This document shows positions 1 through 12,657 of a stretch of DNA of 64,000 bases, in pieces. The notes beneath the pieces were generated by a model. The model ran no database searches. It saw only the letters and a program-made list of their open reading frames with translations, and was not told the origin of the DNA. Each line of letters starts with the position of its first letter. The first letter of the stretch is position 1. This DNA comes from Massalongia carnosa (lineage: Eukaryota): NCBI GenBank assembly GCA_965645245.1, contig OZ287078.1, positions 186,001 to 250,000 of the forward strand. The letters run 5' to 3'. Made by a program: the position numbers and the translations under genes.

Positions 1-188
1 AGAAGGGGGAAAGGCAATGGGAGGAGATGGAACGGCAGATGGGACGGCAAAGGGAGGAGAACAAGGGGAAGGAGAAAAGGCAAAGGGAGGAGATGGAACG
101 GCAGATGGATGAGCTAAAGAAGGAAAAGGATGAGTTGAGAGAGCAAATCAAGGAGCTCATAGACATACTCAAACAAAAGAAGAGCTAG
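1..188 (+). CDS. 3' end (coiled-coil tail) of a paralog of the 2690-4690 gene; runs off the window start
   Basis: Frame 3 reads ...EEMERQMDELKKEKDELREQIKELIDILKQKKS* (TAG at 186-188), nearly identical to the minus-strand tail at 2690-2881. Confidence 0.75.
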   Translation, partial: KGERQWEEMERQMGRQREENKGKEKRQREEMERQMDELKKEKDELREQIKELIDILKQKKS

Positions 189-420
189 GTTTAGAATACT
201 GAGTGCTCATCCGGCCGAGCTGATAGTTACCTGGATTGATTCGTGAACCATAATTTTAGAATCTAGTGATGATTCTAGAATCCTGACATGATAAGTACGT
301 GCTTCTTAGTGAAAAACGAAATTCTTCCCTACGGCCTACGGGTTGTTCAGTCTCCGACGAGAGAGTTGAGAGATGCAGTTATAAGGAAGAAGGTGGAATA
401 GGAACAGGTATTTCAGATTG
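1..420 (+). repeat. Inverted duplication, copy 1 (partner ~2510-2880)
   Basis: 181-296 and 349-418 match the reverse complement of 2585-2700 and 2511-2581, with a ~50 bp indel. Confidence 0.85.
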
Positions 421-422
421 CC

Positions 423-1683
423 CATGGTTATCAATTCAGCTTTCCGTTTAGTCGAACAACACAGCATGTGGCATACGAGATTGATAAGGAAAGGGGGAGA
501 TTCGTGACTGTAGGAATTCCGCAGGACCCAGAACCCGAAGAAATGACAAAGCTTGCTGGAAGTCTAGCATCAAATTTGAATCTCATGGACGAATATGAGC
601 AATCGGTCTCTTTCAACGATGCCACAGAAATGACAATCTTCACACTACCTGGCCACAATTCAACTGATCCGGACGGTACACTCTCGCAGAAGATAATTGA
701 CTACACTATATCTGACTGCATCCTTGGTCACGTCAGAGTAGTAGAGAATTACCTCAAGACAACAGCCGAGCAGCATATATTCATACAGGCCATGGATGAG
801 AATGGAGACACGACTTTAAACTACGCCGCTGCAGAAAGATCACCAAGCATGGTGGCTCTTCTGTTGGATAATGGTGCCAAAGTCAATGGACGTAATAGGA
901 GAGGAAGGACTCTATTAATGGAAGCCGCTCTATGGGGTAGGGCTGAGAACGCCCAAGTTTTACTCAGACATGGTGCAGACAGGACTCTTAGCGATCACCA
1001 TGGATGCACAGCTTCCAACCTTGCTTCTCCCAGTGACAGAAATTCTGATGAAAGAGATAGAAGAGTTGGTGCAGTCTACAAGGAACATACCTACAACGCC
1101 GATAAGGAGCGCAAAGCAATTGTCCAGTTGCTGCAAAATCAATCCGCCCCGTCTCTGATCCCTCTTCGCACAGCAAATTCTATTGATCCGGATTATTCCC
1201 AATTTTCTTTCCATCAATCACCTCAAACCTCGTCAATAGAACTTTCTCCGCCAATCAAGAGCTTCACTATCTTTAGGCAATCCAAGACTATAGCCCGACT
1301 GGACAGAGGGCTTCCGTTCCCACCGGTCGACGCTATGAGCGGATGGGGCCACCATGAAGAGGATTGACCACGGTTAGCGGGGAGACTGGACTGAAGAGGT
1401 CTTCCGAATATGTCGGTTAGTTGAGCACCAACTACCAGCAAGTCCTGAAATCGATCAGAGGCGTCCGGGGAAGTTCTTTGCCTCTCACGCCGAGAAACAG
1501 TTGATAGCCTATCTTTTCAGCAAGCACGTCTTTCTCGATGACGAAGTCTTGGAAACGGCCCAATATGAGATTGACAGCAGAACGATTACAGCCTTTCTTC
1601 AGGGACTCTACCTTGCGCAGCCGCCTGTATCCCTGCATAAAGCAACGATATTAGTTAGCAGGAAAATGTGTATAATATCTTAG
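423..1683 (+). pseudogene. Ankyrin-repeat protein with a C-terminal SsdA/DYW-like deaminase domain; frameshifted and truncated at both ends
   Basis: Ankyrin motifs (GDTTLNYAA, GRTLLMEAALWG), then AMSGWG, frameshift near 1360-1380, GDWTEEVF...GKFFASHAEKQLIAY (HxE motif) and ...ILVSRKMC cut off at the expected CxxC; no ATG at the 5' end. Confidence 0.65.
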
Positions 1684-1684
1684 T

Positions 1685-2269
1685 CGAGCGGAAGAAGGAT
1701 CATCACGGAATGGTTATTGAACAGGTTCAGCTTGCCGATATTGAAGACGCTGCATATATACCTCCTGGAAGCGATGTCACCGGTAAACAGATGGGCAACT
1801 GAGTGTGGCGGAGCCCGGAAACACATGCTCAAGGCCGTGCCAAGTACTCCGATATATTCTCTTTCGGTGTTGTTGTAAGTCATCTACGATCCCTCGTATT
1901 TTAGAATGGCTGTTCACTAGTGTCGTCATGCAGTGCATTTACGCAGTGTGTAAGAGAGTCATCTTCGCCGTCGACGAAGAGGAGCTGGCTGACGGCGAGG
2001 AGCCATTAGCAGTCGTCCTCGAGCGTCAGATCTCTTGTTTTGCGGACGAGGACGGACTGAATGGGCTCTTGAAGCATCTTGGCGACAGTACTTGATGCGA
2101 AGTTCTTCAGGACGGCTTTAACACGGGTAACCCGCGTAAGCCGTTCTCTTTGTGGAAAGGCGTAGACACGGACTTCAAAGATCTTATTGGTGGTTTGATG
2201 AACTTTGATCCAGCGAAGAGGCTCACGGCGCACGAGGCATTGGCACATAGATGGTTTGGGGACGTTTGA
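1685..2269 (+). pseudogene. C-terminal fragment of a fungal Ser/Thr protein kinase
   Basis: VQLADIEDA...GN*VWRSPE...SDIFSFGVV, intron starting GTAAGT at ~1875, ...[21 protein letters not shown]; internal stops. Confidence 0.7.
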
Positions 2270-2689
2270 GTTAATAGCCGTAAGTCTTGGCGAAAACATG
2301 TCGCATACGTCACGTGATATGCTTATTGAATATATCGGTCAATGGGTTCACATGGGGATGGTTCATTGAACCTCAAGTATATAAAGTAGCTGAAGATCGC
2401 CATTATGAGACGTCCAGAATCAACTCATGTTAATACTCATAGCATACACTAGATAGTCCCTAGCTACTTCAGAGCAATACTAAGCTTGACAGGAATCAAA
2501 GTTCTAAGAGATCTGATAATACCTGTTCCTATCCCATCTTCTTCCCTGTAACTGCATCTCTCAACCCTCTCGTCGGAGACTACCTACCATGTCAGGATTC
2601 TAGGATCATTCCTAGATTCTAAAAATATGGTTCACGAAACAATCCACATAACTATCTGCCAGGCCGGATGAGCATCCAGTATTCTAAAT

Positions 2690-4690
2690 CTAGCTCTTCG
2701 TCTGTTTGAGTATGTTCATGAGTCCCTTGATTTGCTCCCTCAGCTCATTCTTTTCCTTCTTTAGCTCATCCATCTGCCGTTCCATCTCCTCCCTTTGCCT
2801 TTCCTCCTTCTCCTTGTTCTCTTTCCTCTGCTGCTCCATCTCCTCCCTTTGCCTTTCCATCTGCTGAAGGAGCTTGTCCATCTACTCCTTTTGCTCGTCG
2901 AACAGTTTTTGGGCGCTGGCAGGAAGAACGGGAGCCGCAAACCATTCGGTATTTCGACCCTGCGGGAGTTATTGGAAGCCTTGCTGCGAGTCGTCCTCCA
3001 AGCTCATCGTACCTGCAGAGAATGATAGCGTAGATGAGATCGGGAGAACTGCGATTGCTTTCTGAAGCCGTTTCAACAGTTTTGAAGCGTGTATCATTAG
3101 GATATTGCGAGCAAAATTGTGGAGGGCCAGCAGGTCCCTCTCCTCGTGTGCAATGTCGAAACGCCGAATATAATGGCTATAATACGTCCATTTTTCTTCT
3201 TCAACCAAGGCATAATGCCCGTAGAGGCGGGCATCTTTTTGATCGTGTGAGATAGAATAGACAACGATCTTGCCAAGCAAGCTCTCGAATTGCTTGTCCT
3301 CTCGGTACTGATCTGCTTTTTGCTCAAGCTTGAGAAGAGCCTTGACCGCCACACTGCAGCTGTGCATATTCTGCCGGTCAGCCCAGTCAAGCCCTTCGTT
3401 GCCGCAATGGACCTCGCACATTAAGAACGGGAAACACAACTCGGCGGTTGGTCGCGTTAAGTTTTCAAAGGATGTATAGTTGGTCAATTTTTCATTTTCT
3501 GCTATTGTAAAAGTAGAAGAGATAAAGCCAACGGCCAGGTCAGGTTTAGGCCGAGGCCCTGCGAGAACCCAACTCTCATGCCATTGCGTGCTAACCTCAT
3601 CAGTAAAATGCTCGAAGTGGTTTACTCCGTTCTTGAGATAGAGTGCTTTGATTGGCGGCACAATCAACGGCGTAACATCTCGGTTTACCATTGCTTCATT
3701 TCGGTTTCGGCAGAGTTTGACCACCTCTAGTGTTTCAATCTTGGAATAAACAGTAGGAGAGATGGCCATGTTTGTCAACTTTTGAAGATCGTTGCAAGTC
3801 ACTTTGCTGTCTAGAGAAACAAGTTTCTCGCCTTTGAATTCATTCATGTCCAGACCTTGTGTAAGAATGTAATTTTCGTACGATATAGTATATTGCTGCA
3901 GGGCATCTCCATCTTTACGGCTCTGAGAATAGCTCCGGGATTTTCCATCCTTGCCGCTTTGAGAACGATCCGACGTTCGCTGTCGTTTGTTGGTGCTATT
4001 CGAAGAAGACATTGCACGGAGCTCTGCAAAGTTGTCGGGCCAGGTATGGTTCGCGGTCCAATAGCTGATAGGGTCGTCTTTCTCTTCCTCTTCGCTTTCT
4101 GAGGCTTCGTGCCCTTCTTCAGGCCTCTCAAAATGGGACTGTATGTACTCGTACCTGATTGTTGTGGTATTTGCCGTAAGGCCTTGCGCCTTTTCGGAGA
4201 GCGATTATTGACTTCCCCCGAGCGCGATTCTGGGGAAACAGCTCTCCTCCTTTTCTTCTCAGATGATTGCTGGTGTGGGTTGCTTGTTGATGGTGATGGT
4301 AGCTGATGATGTTCTTCGTTCTCCCTTGTGAAAGTCTTTCTCTCTAGATCAAAGGGCTGACCCTTAGTTTGAGGGACTAGATCTTCAACTCCTTGTGATC
4401 GCTTTCGCTTTTGATCGAGTTTTTGGTCTAGGCCTGAAGGCTTCTCGCAAGTCGGTGAGTCCTGTGAACACTTTTTTTACGATTAATTTTCCACGGTAAC
4501 ATTAAAACGAATAGAGGATGTACCGAACTATGGGTATTGCTTGTTGAAAGAGAGGAAAATGAATGCTGCTGAATGGTTTGGTCTTAGAAGTTCGCTCGCT
4601 TCTTTTGAGGTTGATGCTTTGTGATATCTTGAGGGCGCTTTTCTGTTCAGAGGTGAGTAAGAGCGAAATGGACGAACTATAATGGAACAT
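2690..4690 (-). pseudogene. Fungal PD-(D/E)XK-like protein (DUF7924-like) with coiled-coil tail; premature stops
   Basis: PRPKPDLAVG...FPFLMCEV...ADRQNMHS...SISHD...RLYGHY motifs; ORFs 2969-4012 and 2690-2881 are in one frame, split by TAA (2969-2971) and TAG (2882-2884); 5' end approximate. Confidence 0.65.
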
Positions 4691-4800
4691 CTCACGATTC
4701 AAAGTTTGCCGCCCTGATTTCTGGGCGACAGGTTTTCGTTGATCAGCGGCCATGTCGATTGAATTCGAGAGGGATAGAAGATAATTTTTATGTTGGAGTA

Positions 4801-4965
4801 CTCTGTAATCGTCCTAGACCACTTTCGGAATGCAGAGAGCACCACATTTTACACCTCAACTTCAACACGTCAACAATCAACAACATAATGGTCAATTCAT
4901 ATTCAGCTATCGAGGATCGAATTGACAGTGCAATTGACGCGTTACACGATGGTTTGTATACTAGT
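4801..4965 (+). mobile_element. 5' fragment of a Fot1/pogo-like transposon
   Basis: MVNSYSAIEDRIDSAIDALHDG resembles the N-terminus MPNSYSNKEDQIVDAINA of the pogo transposase at 26417; preceded by TA. Confidence 0.45.
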
Positions 4966-5109
4966 CTAACAATTGGGAAGTAGGAATGGGGCCATACTGT
5001 GCTTGGTTTGGTCTCAAGATTTATTTCGTGGTTTTTATCAGATAACGCGTGGCTGGATAACCAGTGGCTTGTTCCAAATTGCGTGATGATAATTGGATAC
5101 TAGAGAATC

Positions 5110-6407
5110 ATGGCTGAGTTGACAGTTTCACATACTCCCTTCAGCATGTCGAAATCCGATCGAGAGAATTGTCCAGTATCTTCATGTTCTCGAACATATT
5201 CTGGTAGGCGATGCAAAGACTCTCTGAGAGAACATCTTCGCGAATTTGGTGCTAAGTGCGATATCCATAGAGCTTACAACTTCTCTTCGGCAGCGTTAGG
5301 AGCATCTTATTGTAGAGTCTGTGGGAAACGATTCCTTCGAAAGTCAACGTGGAAAAGGCATGAAGATTCGCGTACGTTCATCGAAAGAAATCTAATCATT
5401 ATTAGCCATGCTCATGGGGGTTTTTAAGATTCCGAGAAAGTCTTCCGTTGCCTACTATGTCCAAAGACTGTTAACCAAAGGCGTCTTTTGGACCAGTATG
5501 TCCGCAGAGCTCATAGGAGAAAGGCCAACATAGTCTCAATCCACTCAAAACAAGCTCTTTGCGAGCCCCAGGATGATATTATCCCACCATCAGAGCCTAA
5601 AACCTGTCCAACCCCATCATATGAAGAAGAGTCTACAGCGTATACGAGATGTCACGAAAGCTTTATGCCCGATATGTGGCTTCAGCCCAGCGAGCCGTAC
5701 GATACTGTGCCATTGAATAACCTTAGACACGTCTTCGGATCGTGGGGTTTAAGTGATTTATTAGACTCGAGCAGTAGTATGACACTATTTGGAAAGCAAT
5801 CCCTTCAACAACCTGACGACTCTTCTGTGTTTCTTACAGGTGGGGTCAGACGAGGCGTGACATGACCGATTCTTTATTCTGCAGATGGGATGCAGCTATC
5901 GATTAGAACGCGGTACCCCAGTTAGGGGCCAACTTGAACGATGGGAAGACATCCCGATTGTTTGAACAAACAGTTACTTTGGAGCCAATCATACGCGATG
6001 ATCAGTCGCAACTGAATCATTCGTTCTCTGATCAACAGCCACTTTATAGCTCAATGGCTTTTTCGAGTATAACTCATCCAGGAGTTTCGATAAACTCCCT
6101 CTTCTGTACATGGAAGGCAGGTATTGAAACGAATGTGCTGCCTCATTACACAAACACTGCGAATCAGGAGGAATATTCTGAACCCTCTTCCCTTCCACCG
6201 CCTTCTTCCGAGACTGCTACGGATTGTGCTCTATCAAATTATGTGGACTTCGAGGCGAGAATGCTCCTTGACTATTCCACGACACATGCAAAGCCTCATA
6301 TGAGTACGCTACAAGCGAATTATGGCTCAATAGCTTCCTTGTTCTGCACGTGCATCCTCATGCAGATACCCATATATCTTGTTGGCAAGGACCTCATAGC
6401 CCTGTGA
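5110..6407 (+). CDS. C2H2 zinc-finger protein, probably degenerate in its 3' part
   Basis: CPVSSC..H..H and CRVC..RFLRKSTWKRHEDSH across intron 5372-5428, then a degenerate CLLC finger; the downstream ORF 5934-6407 does not splice cleanly in frame. Confidence 0.5.
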
Positions 6408-6820
6408 TTTCAGTTTCAAAGCGAGTTGCCGTAGCCGTAATCTCTGACAAAAGCGCAAGCCATGAGGCGAAGATTTCTGATCTGGCGTGAATGGAACTCG
6501 AAAGGTGAGTGCAGTCGTGTCGATCTCTATATCCCATCTCCAGAGCCAACCAGTGGTTATAATGCCATTTAGGGAAATCGTAACTTTGAAGAATCGACAG
6601 TGTTTGATGAAAGTGAGTTCATTTTCTTTGACAGGAGGATCAAAACTGTCCAGTGAACAATTTCTCAGATATTTCAATATGTTACCAGAGAGCAACCTTT
6701 TATGCGAAATCTTGTACCTTTTTTAAAATATCTCATTACAAATACTATGACGACGCTGCCATTCCCTCTCGGTTTTCTAAAGGTACGCCAAGCAAAATCG
6801 AGTAGATTCACTGCGGAATA
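6330..6820 (-). pseudogene. Fragment resembling the C-terminal region of fungal HET-domain proteins
   Basis: LDSFDPPVKENELTFIKHCRF...GIITTGWLW recalled from HET-associated proteins; no start codon or HET core visible. Confidence 0.3.
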
Positions 6821-7339
6821 AGGATGTTGCAAATAGGCACGCAAATAAGCAAGAAGATGTCTATAATGAGGTGCGATAGGAGAGTCATCTACAATAGATG
6901 GAGCGTTAGTTGGATTTTTCTATCTTTTTGTAATAAATTCGCCTTTTCTCGTAGAAATCAATGTCTACTACCATGCTCCTCTGCCATTTTATCCGCATTC
7001 TTGGGCCTGTGCATTTATCCCCAATATATCTAAAGCTGTCGTAAAACAGAAATCTCAACCTTATCGACAATCAGATTTATCCCTAGATACATAAGTCTGT
7101 ATTAGGCCTCCTGGGAGAATGAGCTCGAGAGACACCTAAGAAATCAACAGCGAGCCTTGAGAAAGAGTAGCGGTTTCGGACCTCTCGTCGCGACGACTTA
7201 GATAATTCCTCGACATCTTGTGACACTTTTTAACACCATAACACCGTGATCCTCCTCTCTTTCTCAAATACTCACTCTACTACTACCTGATCATCTTAAC
7301 TCTCCTAGAAAGATTCTTATGAGGATTTCCTCCACTGCA

Positions 7340-7590
7340 GAGACTGTTGCTAAAGCGGCAGAGACAAGAAAGAGGATATTGAGGCCGGAGCATCCTTCCA
7401 CGCTGAGCAGCATGGCCAAACTGGCATGACCTACTGAAATCAGGGATGGTGAAAGGAGGCCGAGGAGCTAGAGATACAAATGATGAAGACGGGCTCGGGG
7501 ATACTGGAAGAGGAGCATCTAGACACACTAATTAGTATAGTCAACCTGGCATTGGCATACACGAATCAAGGACGGTGGAAGGAGGCCGGC
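7340..7590 (+). pseudogene. Degenerate TPR remnant of the NLR/kinesin-light-chain type
   Basis: HPSTLSSMAKLA* ... EEHLDTLISIVNLALAYTNQGRWKEA with stops and frameshifts. Confidence 0.6.
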
Positions 7591-9949
7591 TGCAAGCATT
7601 ATCAATGGTTTTCTCAAATCGATTTTCGGTTGAAATTTTATCCGAGTTAAACATGTTAACCTTCCGAGCTGTGCTTAGGTCCGTAGCTCAAATGAAATGA
7701 TGACATCCAAAGTCGAGCGAGCGAGGCGACAAGCACAATCAGATCGTGCTAAGAAGCGGCATAATCAGGAACTACTCAAGCAAGCACTGGTTAGCTGGAT
7801 CCTTCGACAGAACGCTGAAGCAAAAAGCCGACAAGAGGCTATGTCGTGGGAAAACATTGAATTGAAACATGCGCTTCTTGATGGAATTTCTAGGTTGTTA
7901 TTATGTATCACATCCTCTAGATTTATACCGTCTTTTCTTTTTAACCTAAAGGTTTCAGTCTCTTCATCATTCCTAGATAATAATCGAAGCTTGGCACTTA
8001 CCCAGTGATCGACACCTCCCCCGACCTGCCACCAGGAGTGGGCACGCTGACGCTACTCATTATCATTCTCGCTCCTACTTTTTCTAATGCTTTTCTGCTG
8101 CTTTTATAGACTCCGATTATGGGTCACGAGACTCCTGAACGGGAAAGACATCTTAGACGTAGTGCTGTGAGCGGATGAGATCAATGCAAGCCGATAAAAA
8201 ATGGCACTGCAGAGTGGCACAGAATCCTCAAAAGCTTCATAACTAATCCTCAAGCATTAGATCGATCCATCTCCACTAGCCTCCATAACCTCACCAAACC
8301 CTTCACCCTTTCCTCACATACTGCTCGCCTCCTTTCTCTCTAACCTCCCCATTCTCCCCTCTTTCCTATTCGTCCGATCCGTTCGCCTCATGATCTATAT
8401 CCTCCTCCCACATCTGTATCTGATCATCCCATGGATTCTGACGCGCCAAAATCTCTTCCCATTGTCAAGGCGTCCATAGCTGATCCAGTACCGCGCGTCG
8501 ATGCGGTGGAAAGGTCGCTTCACGCCATTCGAATAATCTGGCTCGAAAACGCGCCCCTTGTTCAGGAGCGATCAAATTGGCCCATTTTGTGTCTGCATAG
8601 GCCCATTGTCCTACTGCCACCTCCCATACAAGGGAGAACTGTTTCAACATGCCGGCTTTTTGTTGATGGACACTGGGCAAAATTGGCATTTGCGGAATTG
8701 GCCTCCCCATTATTTCCTGCCCTATTATGGGTAAGCATAACGAGTCATTTTTTGATGATATAAATTGCCACTACATCGAGCCTCGATCACGAAAAGCGCA
8801 ATCTCATTCACTACAAGATTCAAGCGCTTTGCAAAGCGTGCCTCCTGCGCAAATATGGGATTACCCATGATTCGCAGGGCTATTCTATTCTCAATAATAA
8901 CGATTCCGTTTTTGATCGCCCTATCATGTTAGTGTTACTTCGGTCAGGAAGGGTTGTCAAAAAAAAAGCAAAGATCTGCTTGAATTATTGACCAAAGACG
9001 GAGCTTACTCTTCTTGTATGATCAAATACTGTCCCAGTTCCTCCCATAATCGTAGCATGTCATTGATATTAGTTTGAGATGAATAATCAATTAAATAAAA
9101 AGAAGCCATGATTGATGATGATGAGGATTGATTCAGAAGATTATATTGTAGACCTTTCTGGTTGATATCAGAAAAATGTATTCTTGAAATCAACAAACTT
9201 TCTGCTGTAAATCACCCGGATTCGCTTTATTATCGCGAGAGATCTTGAGTGTTGAGACTGTGGTGAAAATATGATGGCGCAAGAAAGAAAGCCTTGTAAA
9301 TGGTTTCCCAATATATCTAGATGCTAGCAACAAAGGGGGAAGCAAGACGTCAACAGAAATAAACAGGAAAGCAATAACTCCGGGGCGTCGATGTGACACA
9401 AATTAATCGCAGTCCAATGTAGACCATATGCCGATATGTCCATTTATTTATGCGCAATTAGCTGAAATATTCAGTGACATCTGGAACAATGTCAAACATG
9501 GGACCATAGGACAGGTCACTATTCTGATTTGTATCTAAGCATAATGAGCATAACACATGAGCAATAGGCCGAATGATATTATAAATATAGAGATCTCGAG
9601 ATCGAGAATTACGTGTGCTACTATGTAGGCTGTCAAAGAAACGAGAAATTGACATATAAGATAAATAATCAAAATCAAGATAATTTCTCAGTTCTTACTT
9701 CGCAGTAAGAGATTGCATCGATTTATGTAACAGTATAGCGTAGCATCTACGAGATGTCTCTCACTACTCCGCAGAACTTGATCTCGCCATTGACCATTCT
9801 CCTCTGAATGGAGATGAAACGTCTCTAGTGATCTATTCATCCACAATAGTGCATCATACGATATCCCAACGCTCAAAGGATCAAGAAGGCAAAAAATACG
9901 AAAGCTCAAGCATTTGAGGATCATGTGTCCCTAGGGAATTTTGGGTCAG

Positions 9950-10320
9950 CTCTGGGTAATGCCCACATCCCTTCCGCAAAGAATTTGGTGTTCGGAAACC
10001 TTGAGCCACTCACTCACGGCAACTTTATCGACGTCAAAAATGGTCGGCGCTCGCAGATGGGATGATGTTGGATGGTGATTATGCGGCTGCTCCCATAGCA
10101 GTTTAACACGGAGTCTCTGACGGAAGACAACAACCTTTCGGCCACCTCCTAGGCCCAAGGTAGTGCAACGATCCTCATCCCTATCGCTAACCCTAAATGC
10201 CTGAATTGCTGCAAGGTCGATGAATCTTGTGGGAACTTTGATTCGAATTAGCCTTCGTGGCACAGTATGGGGGGATGACCACAGGACATGCATCTTCACA
10301 GAAGGCATCATAGTTCGCTA
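9950..10320 (+). pseudogene. Remnant of a fungal PD-(D/E)XK-like protein
   Basis: IPSAKNLVFGNLEPLTHGNFIDVK motif followed by many stops. Confidence 0.3.
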
Positions 10321-11739
10321 AAAGAGAGGAAGTGGATGTGTTTACTGAATGTGCTTGTCCTTAAACACGGATTGCTCGTAAGCGTGCGTCTTGATATCTT
10401 GAAGCCGCTTTCCTAATGATGGTCAACTCAAGCACACTGAACATGAACCACGGGTATGCCCACTTTTCCTAACGTCTAACTTTGCTTGACCGCGAGTCAT
10501 GTGGATTGGAAGAAGAGGATAAGAGATAGGTTTATGGAGCCGCTGGCTTGAAATAAGACAAATGGTTGTCAACAGAAGATTGTGTGGCCGAGGCGAGAAA
10601 GTGTTGGCAAGATGTGTGATGCTAAATTAGGGACCAGTTACGCGCCCCATGGCAGCTTATTGAGCATATTTTGTGATCATCACTTGTTGTCGACGATAGG
10701 GATTAGTCGACGATGCATGACTTGTACGCGCCAAAAATCAAGTCCTACCTCCTTCCAATATCCTGAATCCTTTCTAATTTATTCCGCTAATGGAATATCC
10801 AAACCTCATTTTCACGTTGAGGCTAATTACTTAACACGCGATCGAGCGGTGTCTCCAAAATCAGGAATGACAGGATGTCCGGGGGAGATATGATTCGAAA
10901 AAGGAGAAGTGTTCTATTCTTAAAAATACGCAGCCTCATTTCTAGCTCAACGCCATTCGACCTTTTCATCTGTAAGAGCCTTGACCATAGTTAGCTCTTC
11001 CTCCGTCGCTAGCTTCATGATAATCTGTCCAGTTTCTGTATGCTCCTTGCTGATGAATTCCCAGGCCACCTTGAAGAACTTCTCAATCTGCACAACTTGA
11101 AACTGCGTATTCTGTCTTGATATAAGGAACATCCACTCTCAGAAGCCAGTTTCGAGTTCGGTCTGCGGTCGTGATTCAGCGGTAGACTGTGATGATTTTG
11201 TATTAACGCTGTTCTTGCTTATCACAGCTTCGTGCGAGAACTTGCACTACTATCATTTAAAGCAAGGCAAAGCTATAGGAAGCACGAAAGATTATCACTA
11301 GAGGCAATGCTATGGTAAAGCTCTCTTCTAGTAGTGCAAGGCTCTTACGGGGTTAGTTAGTGTCTTTGCATTTCAGTGTGTGCTGTCAACAGAGAATTCT
11401 TATCTTTTTGACCAAATACGGTTTAGCTCGAATCAGCGGAGTATTCAAGGATTTGATTAATCTTTCTTCTTCATTTAGCATCAGCACTTGTTATTAATAG
11501 ACTTCATCATTTCATCCTCTGGTGACACAAAGTTCTTTTCCAACCCTCCTTCATGAGATCCTTTTTCGAAACCCCCCCCACTTCTTTAAAATCCTGAGCG
11601 TCGTAAATGAAACATTTCATAGACTCATCCTTGTTTTACGAAAAATTTTACACTCAGTATAACGGAGACAAGCGTCTCGCGAATGAAGCTTTTCATAAAA
11701 GTTAAAGTTAAATAATATCGCTAAAGGGGGTGATGACTA

Positions 11740-11994
11740 GTAGGGCTTTAAAAAGCGTAGGGGCTGAAAGATAGTAGGGACTGAAAGATTATAGACGTTG
11801 AAAGAGAGTGAAGACTGAAAGAGAGTAGAGACTGGAAGGGAGTAGGAATTCAAAAAGCATAGGAACTGGAAGAGAGTAGTGACTGAAAGGGAGTAGAAAG
11901 TGAAAGGGAGTAGGGACTGGAAGTGGGTAGGAATTAGACGAGAGTAGAGACTGAAAGGGAGTAGTGATTGAAAAGGAATATGGACTAAAAAGCC
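11740..11994. repeat. Degenerate tandem array, 17-bp unit, about 15 copies (consensus GTAGRGACTGAAAGGGA)
   Basis: Units read directly, e.g. gtagagactgaaaggga, gtagtgactgaaaggga, gtagggactggaagtgg. Confidence 0.85.
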
Positions 11995-12030
11995 CCAGTC
12001 ATTTCAAAGCCTTGGGCGTTTTGCTTGGCT
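11927..12030 (+). repeat. Direct repeat, copy 1 (copy 2 at ~16658-16758), flanking the NLR
   Basis: Both copies share ...agggagtagtgattgaaaagg...aagccccagtcatttYaaagccttgggc...tggct. Confidence 0.8.
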
Positions 12031-12037
12031 AGGGATT

Positions 12038-12140
12038 TTATTTCCCCAGAGCTTTATTTTCCCAGGGCTTTCGTTTCCCTACTCTTTTCGTTCCCCGAGG
12101 GAATGAAAGCCCTGGGAGAATAAAAGCCCTGGGGAAATAA
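12038..12140. repeat. Imperfect inverted repeat built from ~18-bp subunits
   Basis: ttatttccccagagctttattttcccagggctttc pairs with gaaagccctgggagaataaaagccctggggaaataa. Confidence 0.75.
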
Positions 12141-12657
12141 AGTCACTGAGGGGACAAAAGCCTTTGGGGAATAAAAGTCATAAGGAGACATAACTCGTGG
12201 GACCAAACTCGTAGAATGAAATTCTTAAAATACACACCAAAATTAAAGCAAAAATCTAGATTAATCTAATTGTACCCCACGCCTCTTTTCACTCGCTTTT
12301 TCCAAGTCGGTTCTTTTCTTCGCCAACCAGCCTACGGATGTCTTGATCAGAAAAGTCAACAGTGCTCTTGAAGCAGCTAAGACGTCAAATCCCATCTATG
12401 AAGTATTCCGGGGGACTTGTGTCGCGATCCGAATCTACGCCGACAAGACTGAATCCGCTTACATCACCAGCCTGGCCGAACATCGATACCGCGAGACAAC
12501 AGTGCGTGCGAAAGGAGACGAAAAGATGTATCTCGCTGAAGTCGGAAAGAGTAGGGTAATTATTAGTAGCAATAAAAACGTCATATGATTTAAACCGAAA
12601 AGAGTTTAATGTGCTGTTGGCAGTTGCATTACTAGCTTACTAACCCTAACCCTAAGC

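Noticed and set aside
7037..7225. Possible solo LTR (TGTC...GACA)
   Set aside because: No target-site duplication and no second copy in the window
7697..9900. Short ORFs and AT-rich tract
   Set aside because: No recognisable domains; likely decayed remnants
10947..11132. Fragment vaguely like the N-terminus of fungal ZNFX1-type helicases
   Set aside because: Only ~60 aa with no helicase motifs
11740..11994. CRISPR-like array
   Set aside because: Contiguous degenerate 17-bp units with no unique spacers, no cas genes, eukaryotic context
12641..12655. Telomere repeat (TAACCC)n
   Set aside because: Only 2.5 units, internal and next to a transposon end
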